A stretch of DNA of 64,000 nt from Candidatus Bathyarchaeota archaeon (GCA_963827165.1 CAWGZR010000009.1:224001-288000); one strand, 5' to 3'. Positions 31,399-41,020 are shown, counted from the first letter of the stretch. The notes: generated from the letters alone by a model not told the origin. A program made the numbers and translations.

Positions 31399-32319
31399 AT
31401 GAAAGAGCCAAGTAGCGTGAAAGATGAGTGTGAGTTTTGGCGTTGGCGAGAATACAACCGAGTTATCGAAGGCAAAGAGTGGAAAAGTAAGGACATCATC
31501 ACCGCAGGCGTTGATGTCGGCTCAGTCGGATCCAAAGCCGCCATAATGATAAACGGCGAAGCTTACTCATGGGGCATTACCCGAACGGGCTCCAACAGTC
31601 CCGAGAGTGCAACCAAAGTTCTAGGCATAGCACTTCAAGGAACGAGCTTGAAAGCCAGCGACCTCAAATACATCGTCGGCACAGGCTACGGACGAGTTAA
31701 CGTTCCAATGGCAAACAAAGCCATAACAGAAATCGCCTGCCACGCAAAAGGCGCAAATTATATCTGGGGACCCAGTGTGCGAACGGTGCTTGACGTTGGT
31801 GGACAGGACATTAAGGCCATACGTAGCGACGAAACAGGCAGAGTTGTCTCCTTCTTAATGAACGATAAATGCGCCGCCGGAACGGGCAGAGGCATGGAGG
31901 TCTTTGCTGACCTAATGCAGATACCTATTGAAGAAATCGGCGCCATCTCGCTTAAAGTTGACGAAGAGCCCGCGCCAGTAAGCTGTACCTGCGTGGCTTT
32001 CGCAAAAACCGAAGCGATCGGGCTCCTACGCAAGGGTTGGTCAAAAGAAAAAGTCCTTGCTGCTTACACCCGCGCAATGGCTGTACGCATGGCTAATCTC
32101 ATCAATAGGGTGGGCTTAGAAAAAGAACTTGTCATAACGGGCGGACAAAGCAAAAACATCGGAATCGTTTCCCGAATAGAAGCCGTCCTCGGCGTCAAAT
32201 GCCTACCAATGCCTAACTGGCGCGAGAAAGGCTTAGACCCCATGGTTGCAGGAGCTTTCGGAGCTGCACTCTTCGGCAAAGCCCTCTACGAAAAAGCGCA
32301 GAAAGCTAAGGAGGCTTGA
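31399..32319 (+). CDS. ATP-dependent activase subunit (BzdQ-like)
   Basis: N-terminal EFWRW extension, GVDVGS, TGYGR, EIACHAKG, DVGGQD.K, MNDKCAAGTG. Confidence 0.92.
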   Translation: MKEPSSVKDECEFWRWREYNRVIEGKEWKSKDIITAGVDVGSVGSKAAIMINGEAYSWGITRTGSNSPESATKVLGIALQGTSLKASDLKYIVGTGYGRVNVPMANKAITEIACHAKGANYIWGPSVRTVLDVGGQDIKAIRSDETGRVVSFLMNDKCAAGTGRGMEVFADLMQIPIEEIGAISLKVDEEPAPVSCTCVAFAKTEAIGLLRKGWSKEKVLAAYTRAMAVRMANLINRVGLEKELVITGGQSKNIGIVSRIEAVLGVKCLPMPNWREKGLDPMVAGAFGAALFGKALYEKAQKAKEA

Positions 32320-32609
32320 GCGGCTTTATCACGCATTATGGCTACAGCGACGGATCAGGCGAATACTTCATAACAATTGATACCGACAAATGCTCAGGCT
32401 GCGGCAAATGCGTCAAAATTTGTCCGCAATCTGCACTTCAGATGGAATCCATGTTCATTGACCTTGAAGACAAAACCGTGGCCTCAGTCACGGAAGAGCA
32501 CCGCAAAAAAATAAAATACACATGCGCTCCTTGCAAACCTGAAAGCAACAACACCCCCTGCGTCTTAGCTTGCGACTACAAGGCAATCAATTGTACATGT
32601 AAACCCTAG
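32316..32609 (+). CDS. 2x[4Fe-4S] ferredoxin (BzdM-like)
   Basis: YGYSDGSGEYFITIDTDKCSGCGKCVKICP...CAPC...PCVLAC; overlaps the upstream stop codon. Confidence 0.9.
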   Translation: MSGFITHYGYSDGSGEYFITIDTDKCSGCGKCVKICPQSALQMESMFIDLEDKTVASVTEEHRKKIKYTCAPCKPESNNTPCVLACDYKAINCTCKP

Positions 32610-32636
32610 CAGAAAAAATAAAACAATAGAAAAGCG

Positions 32637-33110
32637 CTAATGCGCGATAACTGTGGACGAAGCGAAAGTGCCACCTCTTGTACTTACGATAGTTAATGTG
32701 TAGTCATTTCCCTTGGTAACGCCAGTTAAGGTAAGATGCCCTGAGCCGATTTGCATTAGAGTCCCAGATGAAGGAAGCGACACAGAATACGGTGAAGTTG
32801 CGGATGGAGTAACTGTTTTAACCACATTTCCATTTGCATCTTTTATTATGATACTTGAGACAGAGACACTGACGCCATTTTTGCTCTCAGCATACACGCT
32901 CACTACTCCAGTTCCTGCTCCATTAGCGTTTATTTGAGCGGCTAATACGGAAACTCTTTCTGTTACCGCTGTTTCCCCTGCAGTCATAGTCGCAAAAGTT
33001 CCACTAGTAAACATATAAACGACTGAGCTCGCAATAACAGCAATTGCGATAAGTAAAAGAGTTGCGAATATTGGCGAAATAGCTTTAAAACTTCGTATAA
33101 AAATTTTCAT
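32637..33110 (-). CDS. Archaeal type IV pilin/archaellin-like protein
   Basis: Class III signal peptide FKA|ISPIFATLLLIAIAVIASSVVY followed by a beta-rich globular part. Confidence 0.88.
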   Translation of the reverse strand: MKIFIRSFKAISPIFATLLLIAIAVIASSVVYMFTSGTFATMTAGETAVTERVSVLAAQINANGAGTGVVSVYAESKNGVSVSVSSIIIKDANGNVVKTVTPSATSPYSVSLPSSGTLMQIGSGHLTLTGVTKGNDYTLTIVSTRGGTFASSTVIAH

Positions 33111-33510
33111 TTTCCTTTCTATCCCCGCGCTTGTTGTTCACTGATATTTTATTCTAAAGTCTGCATTTAAGTAATGTTGCTAAACTCGAAATACATCGGA
33201 AAAATAATACCCAGTATTTCGAAATATTGGAAGTCAAATAGCAACGAATGTGTATTTGAAACGAAAGAGCAAACATCTAACCAAAGAGGATTTAATTTTT
33301 GTCTTCAGGTTAGTCCAGAGGTACAATGTTTTTTTTGCTCATATTTTCTTCGGACAAATCACGCAATAGATTCGCATTAAGTTTCGATATCCAATTGGAA
33401 AACACGATGAAGAACTTATGGCTATAGCTCTTGCATACAAGGCGCCATTTCAAACCTTAATCAAAAAAACCGCAAACCCAACCTTTAGACAAAAAAAAAC
33501 AAGCCAACTT

Positions 33511-33756
33511 TCAGCTTCTTGCAGCTGCTCCCTTTAATGTTCGATTGTTGAAGTCGAAGCGTAGGAGACGGTGTTGGCATTTGGTGTTTTTGCAGCCGTA
33601 GAGATAGAGGTTGGGATTGCCGTGGTTGACGGTTAGTGGTTGGGTTGTTTGTTTGCAGTTTAAGCATTGTGGAGCTCGGACTTCATCGTTTTGGATGTAG
33701 CCTCGCAGGAGCGTGACGCTCCATTGTTTCTCCTTAAATTGTGGGGTAAGCACCAA
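33511..33756 (-). CDS. Putative small Zn-ribbon protein
   Basis: CLNC...CKNTKC Cys pairs in an 81-aa ORF followed by a T-rich tract. Confidence 0.5.
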   Translation of the reverse strand: MVLTPQFKEKQWSVTLLRGYIQNDEVRAPQCLNCKQTTQPLTVNHGNPNLYLYGCKNTKCQHRLLRFDFNNRTLKGAAARS

Positions 33757-34097
33757 AATTCACTTCGGAAAAGGGGATTGCACGCGCATTTACGGCTAAA
33801 TCTGCGCCTCCAAACATGCGTATAGACGCATAAAACAATTTGTGATTGCAACAACCCAACAACATCTGTCAAAAACACGGCGAAAAAATCCACCAAACCG
33901 GCCAACCACCAACAATTCCTTGCCGACCAACAGGGAAAAACTTCAAAACCCAAGCCGCAACCCGCCAAAAACCAATAAGTCCCTACCAACTCTTCGGTGG
34001 TTTTGTTTTTGCGTCTTTATTTTGGATTAGTAAGGGGATTTCATAAATTAGTTAAATGCAGTTTGCCTATTTTGCTTTATATTTGGAGGATAAAAAC

Positions 34098-34277
34098 TTG
34101 AAAAATCTTGATGAAAAAGACAGAAAAGAGCTTGAAGCCAAAATGGCAAGCGCTTTTGAAGATAATATCGTTGAATTGCCGACAGAATTGCGTGAAATAT
34201 TGCTAGATGACATGGTTACAGCCTTCGAAAATAGACTAAATGTGTTAAACCGTGCGACTCAAAAACCCCAAAACTAA
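34098..34277 (+). CDS. Small hypothetical helical protein
   Basis: GGAGG RBS before TTG 34098; EILLDDMVTAFENRL. Confidence 0.75.
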   Translation: MKNLDEKDRKELEAKMASAFEDNIVELPTELREILLDDMVTAFENRLNVLNRATQKPQN

Positions 34278-34364
34278 ACCCCACATATGGACTTTAATAT
34301 TGATTATTAATACATAAATGATTTATATACAAAGCGATGACTAACTAAAAAAAGAGGAGTTTAA

Positions 34365-34658
34365 GTGCGTCGATCAAAACTGGAAATGTATGTTGACATC
34401 CTATCTGTTCTAGCTCACAGAGGACCATTGAAACTGACCCACGTAATGTACAAGGCAAACGTGAACTGCAGCGTCCTCAAAGAATACCTTGACTTCCTCA
34501 TAAAACAGGGCCTGGTGGAAGAACGCACCGTCGGCAAGCGCCGTCTAGTCTATGCCGTCACACAACGAGGAATAACGGTACTCAAATACTTCAAGGAACT
34601 CAAACAAGTCCTACCTATTGTAGAGGAAGCCAGAAACCAAGCACCAATCCCCTACTAA
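34365..34658 (+). CDS. Winged helix-turn-helix transcriptional regulator
   Basis: RRSKLEMYVDIL...THVMYKANVN...YLDFL...GL...Y.VT.RG, typical of small archaeal wHTH proteins. Confidence 0.9.
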   Translation: MRRSKLEMYVDILSVLAHRGPLKLTHVMYKANVNCSVLKEYLDFLIKQGLVEERTVGKRRLVYAVTQRGITVLKYFKELKQVLPIVEEARNQAPIPY

Positions 34659-34857
34659 ATCCCCCCTTCATTCCCCCAAATTCTTATAATTTCTTAAAAA
34701 CAAAATTTTCAATCAACAACCCATTAATTTTAATCGGCAATTCTCGCATACAAAACCGGTTATGATCTTCAATCACTTGTTTCAAATCCATACTGTCGTT
34801 TCGTAATACTTAATAAACACGTAGGGGAACTGTACATGTGCAAAACAAGTCGGGGGT

Positions 34858-35238
34858 CTAAGTATTAAGGAGCAAATTTCCACTAAAGGGCCGATAGCGA
34901 TTCTTGAGAAGATTGAGGAGAGTTTAGAGAGATTGAATCAGAAGATGGAAGTTATTATTGAGATTCAGAAAAGTGGTGATGTTCGTAACGGCGCAGTTTT
35001 ACCTGACGCATCTTTAGATGTTATGACGTTGCTTTCTATGCCAGATCATCTTCGCAAGACTGCGATGACGATTTGTAGATTGGGACGGGCAACTGCTGAG
35101 GAAATTTCTGAATCAACAACTCGTGCCCGCGCAGTTGAAAGCGCGTATCTTAACCAGCTTGTTATTATGGGTTACCTCAAAAAAGAGCGGAAGGGCAGGA
35201 AAGCCTACTTTTTCGTAGACCCCGAAACGAGGAGTTGA
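34858..35238 (+). CDS. Coiled-coil + winged HTH protein (start uncertain; first canonical start 34933)
   Basis: ATAEEIS..T.RARAVESAYLNQLV..GYL.KERKGRK.YF. The frame stays open and protein-like back to ~34858. Overlaps the MinD/ParA ORF. Confidence 0.82.
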   Translation, partial: LSIKEQISTKGPIAILEKIEESLERLNQKMEVIIEIQKSGDVRNGAVLPDASLDVMTLLSMPDHLRKTAMTICRLGRATAEEISESTTRARAVESAYLNQLVIMGYLKKERKGRKAYFFVDPETRS

Positions 35239-35243
35239 AAGAA

Positions 35244-36023
35244 ATGAGCAAAATAATTGCGGTTCACTCCTACAAAGGTGGCACAGGAAAAACGCTTTTG
35301 TCAGTGAATTTGGCGGCTACGTTTGCCAAGCTCGGCAAAAAAGTTTGCGTTTTTGACCTTGACTTCCGCGCGCCAAGTCTCTTCGCCATCCTCAAGGCTG
35401 AAGGCACTCAATACTGGTTTAACGATTACCTCAACAACACCGCAGACATTGGCAAAGTCCTAATCGACTTGAGCAGCAGAGTCACCGGAAAAGGCAAACT
35501 CTACGCATCCCTCGCCAACCCCGCCACCGAAGCCATCAGAGACATGTCGTCAAAAGACAGGAAATGGGAAATGCGCGCATTGGGACGCTTGCTTGCCCTA
35601 AAGGAAACCCTCCTTGCTAACCAAAAATTTGATTACCTCTTCTTTGACACGTCTCCAGGATTACAATACTCGTCGATAAACGCGATTGTCGCCGCGGACT
35701 TCGTAATCGTCGCCACAACAGGCGACCGCTCAGATGTAGACGGAACCAAACGCATGCTATCAGAACTCTACAACCTCTTCGAGAAAAAAACGGGGTTAGT
35801 CCTCAATAAAGTACTCGACGCATCCGCCACTGCCAAAAAGGCAGAGATGAGCGCCAAAACCAAAGACGCCTACCACGTTCCACTACTCGGCTTGGTCCCA
35901 TGCTTCTGCGAGGTTCTGCGAGCCGAAGGCAACTTCATTTTCGCCGAAGACAAACCTGACCACCCATTCACCAAGATACTTACGGAAATGGCCAAAAAAA
36001 TAGAAACTGACCAGTTAGACTAA
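35244..36023 (+). CDS. MinD/ParA family ATPase
   Basis: Deviant Walker A KGGTGKT, DLDFRAP, FDTSPG, VLNKV. Confidence 0.92.
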   Translation: MSKIIAVHSYKGGTGKTLLSVNLAATFAKLGKKVCVFDLDFRAPSLFAILKAEGTQYWFNDYLNNTADIGKVLIDLSSRVTGKGKLYASLANPATEAIRDMSSKDRKWEMRALGRLLALKETLLANQKFDYLFFDTSPGLQYSSINAIVAADFVIVATTGDRSDVDGTKRMLSELYNLFEKKTGLVLNKVLDASATAKKAEMSAKTKDAYHVPLLGLVPCFCEVLRAEGNFIFAEDKPDHPFTKILTEMAKKIETDQLD

Positions 36024-36135
36024 CCGACAAAATCCAACGATTTTTCTTTTTCAAAATAATTTTAGAGACATGAAAATTGCTGTCGTTTCGTTGTATCCAG
36101 CTCACACCTACTGCAAAGGAAACGCCCAAGTTTGC

Positions 36136-36399
36136 TTATGCATAAACTTGCATTTCGGCGCTTTTACTCTTGGATCCATAAATCAAAAGGGACCCCTTGC
36201 CTTCATCCAACAGCAACCCATAACTTCTTACGAGAGCCGCTACGTCCGAGAGGTTATTTCCTTCCAAAACCACATTTATCCTAAGCTCAAAATCCTTCCC
36301 ATAAAGCGTATTCGGCGACAAAGAAATACTGCTCACAAAAGCGTCTGGTACACACTTGCAAATCTCCTTAAAAACCTTAACCGCCTCGCGCCTCCGCAT
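36136..36399 (-). CDS. Hypothetical protein
   Basis: MRRREAVKVFKEI... compact alpha/beta-like ORF, convergent with the ParA gene. Confidence 0.65.
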   Translation of the reverse strand: MRRREAVKVFKEICKCVPDAFVSSISLSPNTLYGKDFELRINVVLEGNNLSDVAALVRSYGLLLDEGKGSLLIYGSKSKSAEMQVYA

Positions 36400-36762
36400 G
36401 ACCCTACCACGCAAATAGTAGAGTAACATTGGATCTGCTTAAGGCAGTTGTTGTCAACCTCACGTGAAAAACCAGAAAAAGAAACTTCAAGACAACATAC
36501 TTTTTAGACAGAACAGCATGGCAACCCAACTTGGAAATACAACCAACATATATTCGGGAAAAAGTTAATCCCTATATTAAAAACTGCGAAGACTCACCAA
36601 CCTGATTCTACAGAAAAAAGTCCTAAGAGAACTCTCATTGCAATTCCCTTTTTACTAAGAACACACGATCAATTTACCACGGCAAAAACTCAGAATCGAG
36701 CGTTGTGTTACGTTGTATGTTTTTTAACCTGTTTTGCGGTTTATGGGTGGAGACAGTATCTG

Positions 36763-37392
36763 ATGGATAGATCAGCAATTATTCTAGCTGAGGATTCCCA
36801 AGGCAAGTTCAGCGAAGACAAGGCTTTTTTGAATCTTGATAACAAGCGACTGTTGAACCATGTGGTTGACAGTGTTAAGGGGTTCGTCGGCGAAGTACTT
36901 GTGGTTACAAGTTCAATAGAGCAGTCAGACCTGTACGCGAAGCTAGTTTCATCTGCCAAAGTCAAATTCGTAGTAAGTGATGGCGAGCCACAGGGGGACC
37001 TAGCAGCTGCCCTAGTGGGTTTTGAAGCTTCCCTGGGCGATTATTCTTTGCTTTTGCCGTTTGATGCGCCGTTTGTTTCCAGGGAAGTTGGGTGCCTGCT
37101 TTTCGAGTTGGCTGAAGGTAAGTCGGCAGTTGTTCCCCGATGGCCTGACTGCAAGATTGAGCCGCTACATTCAGTTTACAATAATGTACAAGCGTGTGAG
37201 GCTGCGAAGAAGGCTTTGGCGGCGGGCGAACTGACTACGGATGCAATTGCAGGTTGTATGCGGGGGGTGCGTTACGTTTCAACGATGGTTATCGAGCAAT
37301 TAGACCCTGATTTCCGAACTTTCTTCCGGATATGCACGGTACTGGATCTCAAGAAAGCTGCCGTAATGCTGAAGCCAAGAAGAAAGCAATAG
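36763..37392 (+). CDS. MobA-like (molybdenum cofactor guanylyltransferase) NTP transferase with degenerate GG motif
   Basis: AIILA...DKA, D.PF, EPLHSVY. The canonical LAGG.S.R is replaced by LAEDSQGK. Confidence 0.82.
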   Translation: MDRSAIILAEDSQGKFSEDKAFLNLDNKRLLNHVVDSVKGFVGEVLVVTSSIEQSDLYAKLVSSAKVKFVVSDGEPQGDLAAALVGFEASLGDYSLLLPFDAPFVSREVGCLLFELAEGKSAVVPRWPDCKIEPLHSVYNNVQACEAAKKALAAGELTTDAIAGCMRGVRYVSTMVIEQLDPDFRTFFRICTVLDLKKAAVMLKPRRKQ

Positions 37393-38067
37393 CTTGTCTG
37401 CTTGTTGCAGTTACATGTAAATCACATCATTTTTTATTGCCGCTGTGTGCAATCCTTTTAGTCATCGCAAAAGGATGCGTTAAATTCATTGCGCTTAGCA
37501 AGTGTATGGTTGATTAAGCGCAGCGAAGTTAAAAGTTCCCCACGCTCTTCCGAACCCCCATTTTTTAGCTTGCGCCTAAGTCAGGAGCTATCATTTGCCA
37601 AAAATTTTTTAAAAAATAAAACTTGTTGAAGACCCAGCATAAGCATCTCTTGTTTTCCCGAGGTTACTTCTTTAGGGACAAGACGCGAAGTCTTCTTTGC
37701 AAAATTCCATGTCTAAGTCTCCTTTTTGGAAAGGAAGATTCAGCAGTGGCTCATTTCAGCGGAAAAGTTTTGAATATAACCCCAAGCAGCTTGTAGTGGT
37801 CAAAGGCAAAGAGGAGTATGTCTGCACTTTGCGACTCTTCAGATTAGCTTCCCAAGATGCGGAAACAACACCGCCAACGTTTTGCAGGTTCAAACTCAAG
37901 GGTCAGATGAATCGTCAACCCAGTTTTTCCGCTACGTAGAAAGCTGCTATACCTATCGAGAATATACTTAAACAATAGGGCGGGCGGAACCGCTGAGGCT
38001 AGCGCGGCACAGCCACATACGTTAATACCCTAGCTTAGATTCGGGTTAGGTATTAGGTGAAAAACTT

Positions 38068-38616
38068 TTGGCTGAAGACAAAAAGAAAATGTATTATTAT
38101 TACGCGGGAAAAGAAAAGAAAGCTGGCGAAATCAAAAAAAGATCCGAAGGCGAAATGGCTCCGTACCCGATAAGGCGCGATTTTGACACTATGATGGAGC
38201 GGTTCCAAAAAGAATTTGACGATTTCTGGGAGATGCCGCCTAGGCTGAAACATTGGATGCGTATGGCACCCGGGTTCCCAATGATGAGGGAAATGGCGAT
38301 GCCCACCGTGGATTTGGAGGACCGCGGCAAAGACTACAGGGTATCAGCAGAGCTGCCGGGCTTCAATAAAGAAGATATCAACATCGAAGTCGCCGAAGAC
38401 GCAGTGACGATTTCCGCCAAGAAAACCCAAACTGAAGAAGAGAAAAACAAGAACTACATCCGCCGCGAAAGATCCGCACAGACATATTACCGAAGAATCC
38501 AGCTGCCTGAAAAAATAATTTCCGACAACGCGAAAGCTAACCTAAAAGACGGCGTACTCGAAATCACATTGCCCAAAAAGGAAACCAAAGAAACCAAAAA
38601 AATACCTATCTCGTAA
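38068..38616 (+). CDS. Hsp20/alpha-crystallin small heat-shock protein
   Basis: P.VDL....Y.V.AELPGF.KEDI, ERS...Y.R.IQLP, A.LKDGVLEITLPK; GGTGA RBS. Confidence 0.96.
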   Translation: MAEDKKKMYYYYAGKEKKAGEIKKRSEGEMAPYPIRRDFDTMMERFQKEFDDFWEMPPRLKHWMRMAPGFPMMREMAMPTVDLEDRGKDYRVSAELPGFNKEDINIEVAEDAVTISAKKTQTEEEKNKNYIRRERSAQTYYRRIQLPEKIISDNAKANLKDGVLEITLPKKETKETKKIPIS

Positions 38617-38699
38617 GGGGTTTTCCCAGTTTCCAAATCTTTTGCACCGAGATTTTTCTGCCCTTCAGTGGGCGCTATTTTTGTTGTGAACTTTTGTGG

Positions 38700-39047
38700 C
38701 TATGCTTCCTTGAGGCACTTCTTGATGGCGTTCACTTTGTCCGCCATATTTCTCGGTTTGTCTCTTCGATCATCTATTCGCAGCGTTGACGATATTCTTT
38801 TTGCGCCCATTTCTACGAGGGCTTGATGGGCTCTGCGGACTGCCTCAAAGATGGTGCTCAACTCACTTGCTGCGAGAATCGTGCCCATAGACGTCACATC
38901 AAAAGTCAACCCATCCACATTCCGGAACGCCCGGACGGCAGCGGCCACATAACGGCTAACGCTTGTTTCGCCAGTGCCAACTGGCGCGATGCTAAACTCA
39001 GCCATAACAAGACACTTTTTTTCCAAACTGAACACGCTCGGCCTCAA
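38700..39047 (-). CDS. MTH1187/YkoF thiamine-binding family protein (start probably nearer 39005)
   Basis: AEFSIAPVGTGETSVS.YVA, MGT.L, RI...LRIDDRRDK. Confidence 0.9.
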   Translation of the reverse strand: MRPSVFSLEKKCLVMAEFSIAPVGTGETSVSRYVAAAVRAFRNVDGLTFDVTSMGTILAASELSTIFEAVRRAHQALVEMGAKRISSTLRIDDRRDKPRNMADKVNAIKKCLKEA

Positions 39048-39075
39048 CTATTTTGTGATGGACATATTAAGTTTC

Positions 39076-39771
39076 TCAAGAGACATTAATGGCGATTTGG
39101 GTAGGCTTTTGTTTTCGCGTCAAAAGAAGAGATACCGTGAGACAGAAAACGACCATAAAAGCCAATGCCAACGCCGTGTAGGACAAACCGATTTGGCGGT
39201 TAAGAACCTCGTAGACACCAACAAGCCCGAACACCACAAATATAGCTGCTGAAACCCACTTAAGAATTCTTTCGGGAATATGCTTACCAAGGACAACGCC
39301 AAGTGCAATCCCCACGCCGTCTGCAACGAGCATACCCAAAACAGCGCCGAACAGAACTGCGATGGCGCTTTGGTATTCGGCCGCTAGGCTGATTGTAGTA
39401 AGTTGTGTTTTGTCTCCGAACTCCGCGATGAAAAAGGCTGCGGCTACCGTTCCCACGACTCCAAAACGGCTCGATTTGGTGTTTTCTTCTTTCGGTCTTT
39501 CAGGTTTCAGAGTCCACAGGCCAAACCCGATGAAGCTAAGAGACGCCGCAAGAGAAATCACGTCGAGGGGAACGAAAGCGGTTATGACTTGGCCAATTGC
39601 TACCATGATTGCGAAATTCGCCACGGTCGCGACAAAGATTCCCAGAAGCACTTTGTACGGGTTATGTTTCGCAGCGAGAGACATAGCTATAAACTGGGTT
39701 TTGTCGCCCATCTCTGCCACAACAATGAGGGCGAATGAGGCTGTGAAAGCGGCAACGCTAAAGAGCAACAC
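39076..39771 (-). CDS. TMEM165/GDT1 (UPF0016) Ca2+/Mn2+ transporter
   Basis: Two E-x-G-D-K-T-Q motifs (AEMGDKTQ, AEFGDKTQ). Confidence 0.95.
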   Translation of the reverse strand: MLLFSVAAFTASFALIVVAEMGDKTQFIAMSLAAKHNPYKVLLGIFVATVANFAIMVAIGQVITAFVPLDVISLAASLSFIGFGLWTLKPERPKEENTKSSRFGVVGTVAAAFFIAEFGDKTQLTTISLAAEYQSAIAVLFGAVLGMLVADGVGIALGVVLGKHIPERILKWVSAAIFVVFGLVGVYEVLNRQIGLSYTALALAFMVVFCLTVSLLLTRKQKPTQIAINVS

Positions 39772-39841
39772 GGTATTTCAACCTGGTTCAACAGGTTAAT
39801 TTTTTCTCGCCTGTTTATTTACCTTCTATAACCCTGCGACG

Positions 39842-40846
39842 TTACAGTGGGGGTTTAGCGATGTTTTGGCTATTAAGTGTCTTCATCCAAAGCTTGAATT
39901 CCTCGCCCGGAGGTGCATCTTGGAAAAGCTGCTTACGCCTCGACTCCAAAAACAGATTTTCTTCGCCTGCGTACTCCGCCGCCGTTAAGATGCTGTGTCC
40001 CGCTGTTGATGCCGCCTCAAAAACCCCTTTCAGCTTGCCCATCCAAGCTTCATCCCGAAGGACATGGTGTTCAATGATAGTGACGGGAACCGTTGCAACA
40101 ATCTGTTCGAGATTCCGAAGAGCGTGCGCTATCTGGGACTTTTCAACTCGCGCGCCTTCCAGATACAGCGGTGGTCCACCTAGCATAATCAAAGTGGGTT
40201 CAACCTCCAAAACTGCATTAAGCGTCGCCTCTGCCATAGGTCCCTGAACGTCGGGAGCGAACATGAACCTTTGATCCGCGTATTCAACGACCGTCATTAT
40301 AACCCAACCCAGTATCGAGTTCTCTGAGCCGTGAGCAACGGGTTCGGAGAAGTGAAGCTGTGTTTTGCCGTAAGTAAAGGTTTTGCCGTCAACTGCCGCA
40401 AGGGTTTTAGCGTATTTGCCACCTGTCTGCTGGAACATCCAAGCGCGTTGACGTTGGCTTGGGTTAATTTGCATCCGCGGGTTCTTCGCTAGCAAAGTTT
40501 TGCCCAGATAGATTTGCCTTGCAGTCTGGTTTGCCTCGGTCCAGTTGACTAGCCAATCCTCAAACGAGGGCGTGTAATGGTCAAAATGATAATGGCTTAT
40601 CGTCACTACTTGGGCGCGCTCGGCTGCTTTTGCGATTTTTTTGCGCGATTTGATTATAGCTTGGAACTCGGCGGGATGCGGCGGCAAACCAAAGCGCCAG
40701 GGGCAAAGTGAAACCCCAGCATCCAAGAGCACCACGACATCAGGCGTTTCCACAAGCGTACACATCGACCGAACCCCGAAACTCTCTGCCGCCAACGGAG
40801 AAACCTGAATACAGCTCAAAGGACTGCTGGCTTTCTGGTTAGTCAA
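39842..40846 (-). CDS. MBL-fold metallohydrolase (UPF0282-like)
   Basis: AESFGVRSM, ISHYHFDH, HG, DVQGP, GGPP.YL, HH.LRD. Confidence 0.9.
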   Translation of the reverse strand: MTNQKASSPLSCIQVSPLAAESFGVRSMCTLVETPDVVVLLDAGVSLCPWRFGLPPHPAEFQAIIKSRKKIAKAAERAQVVTISHYHFDHYTPSFEDWLVNWTEANQTARQIYLGKTLLAKNPRMQINPSQRQRAWMFQQTGGKYAKTLAAVDGKTFTYGKTQLHFSEPVAHGSENSILGWVIMTVVEYADQRFMFAPDVQGPMAEATLNAVLEVEPTLIMLGGPPLYLEGARVEKSQIAHALRNLEQIVATVPVTIIEHHVLRDEAWMGKLKGVFEAASTAGHSILTAAEYAGEENLFLESRRKQLFQDAPPGEEFKLWMKTLNSQNIAKPPL

Positions 40847-41020
40847 ATGGGGTCACGTCGGAAATTTTGCTATTTGCCTATTGGCCGCGGCGTACTAAAT
40901 GGTTTACGCTCTGGGCTCACCACGCTTTTTCGTGGGGATTTTGTCAACAAAATGTAGCTATCTGAACCGAGCGAAAGACCTGCCCCCTCGTGCCGATAAC
41001 TGCTGAATCAAATAACAATT

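Noticed and set aside
29274-32609. Complete bzd-type benzoyl-CoA reductase
   Set aside because: Only one dehydratase-type subunit is present and it looks DCCP-like; no dienoyl-CoA pathway genes are nearby.
33780-33990. Possible further degenerate element copy (also ~62075-62170)
   Set aside because: C/A-rich with TTGCA and CAA words, but no ungapped alignment and no clear 10-bp array. It needs a profile search.
37680-37920. Cobalamin riboswitch on the minus strand (GCCACTG word)
   Set aside because: The companion GGGAAG of the B12 box is not in the right position, and no suitable downstream gene follows.
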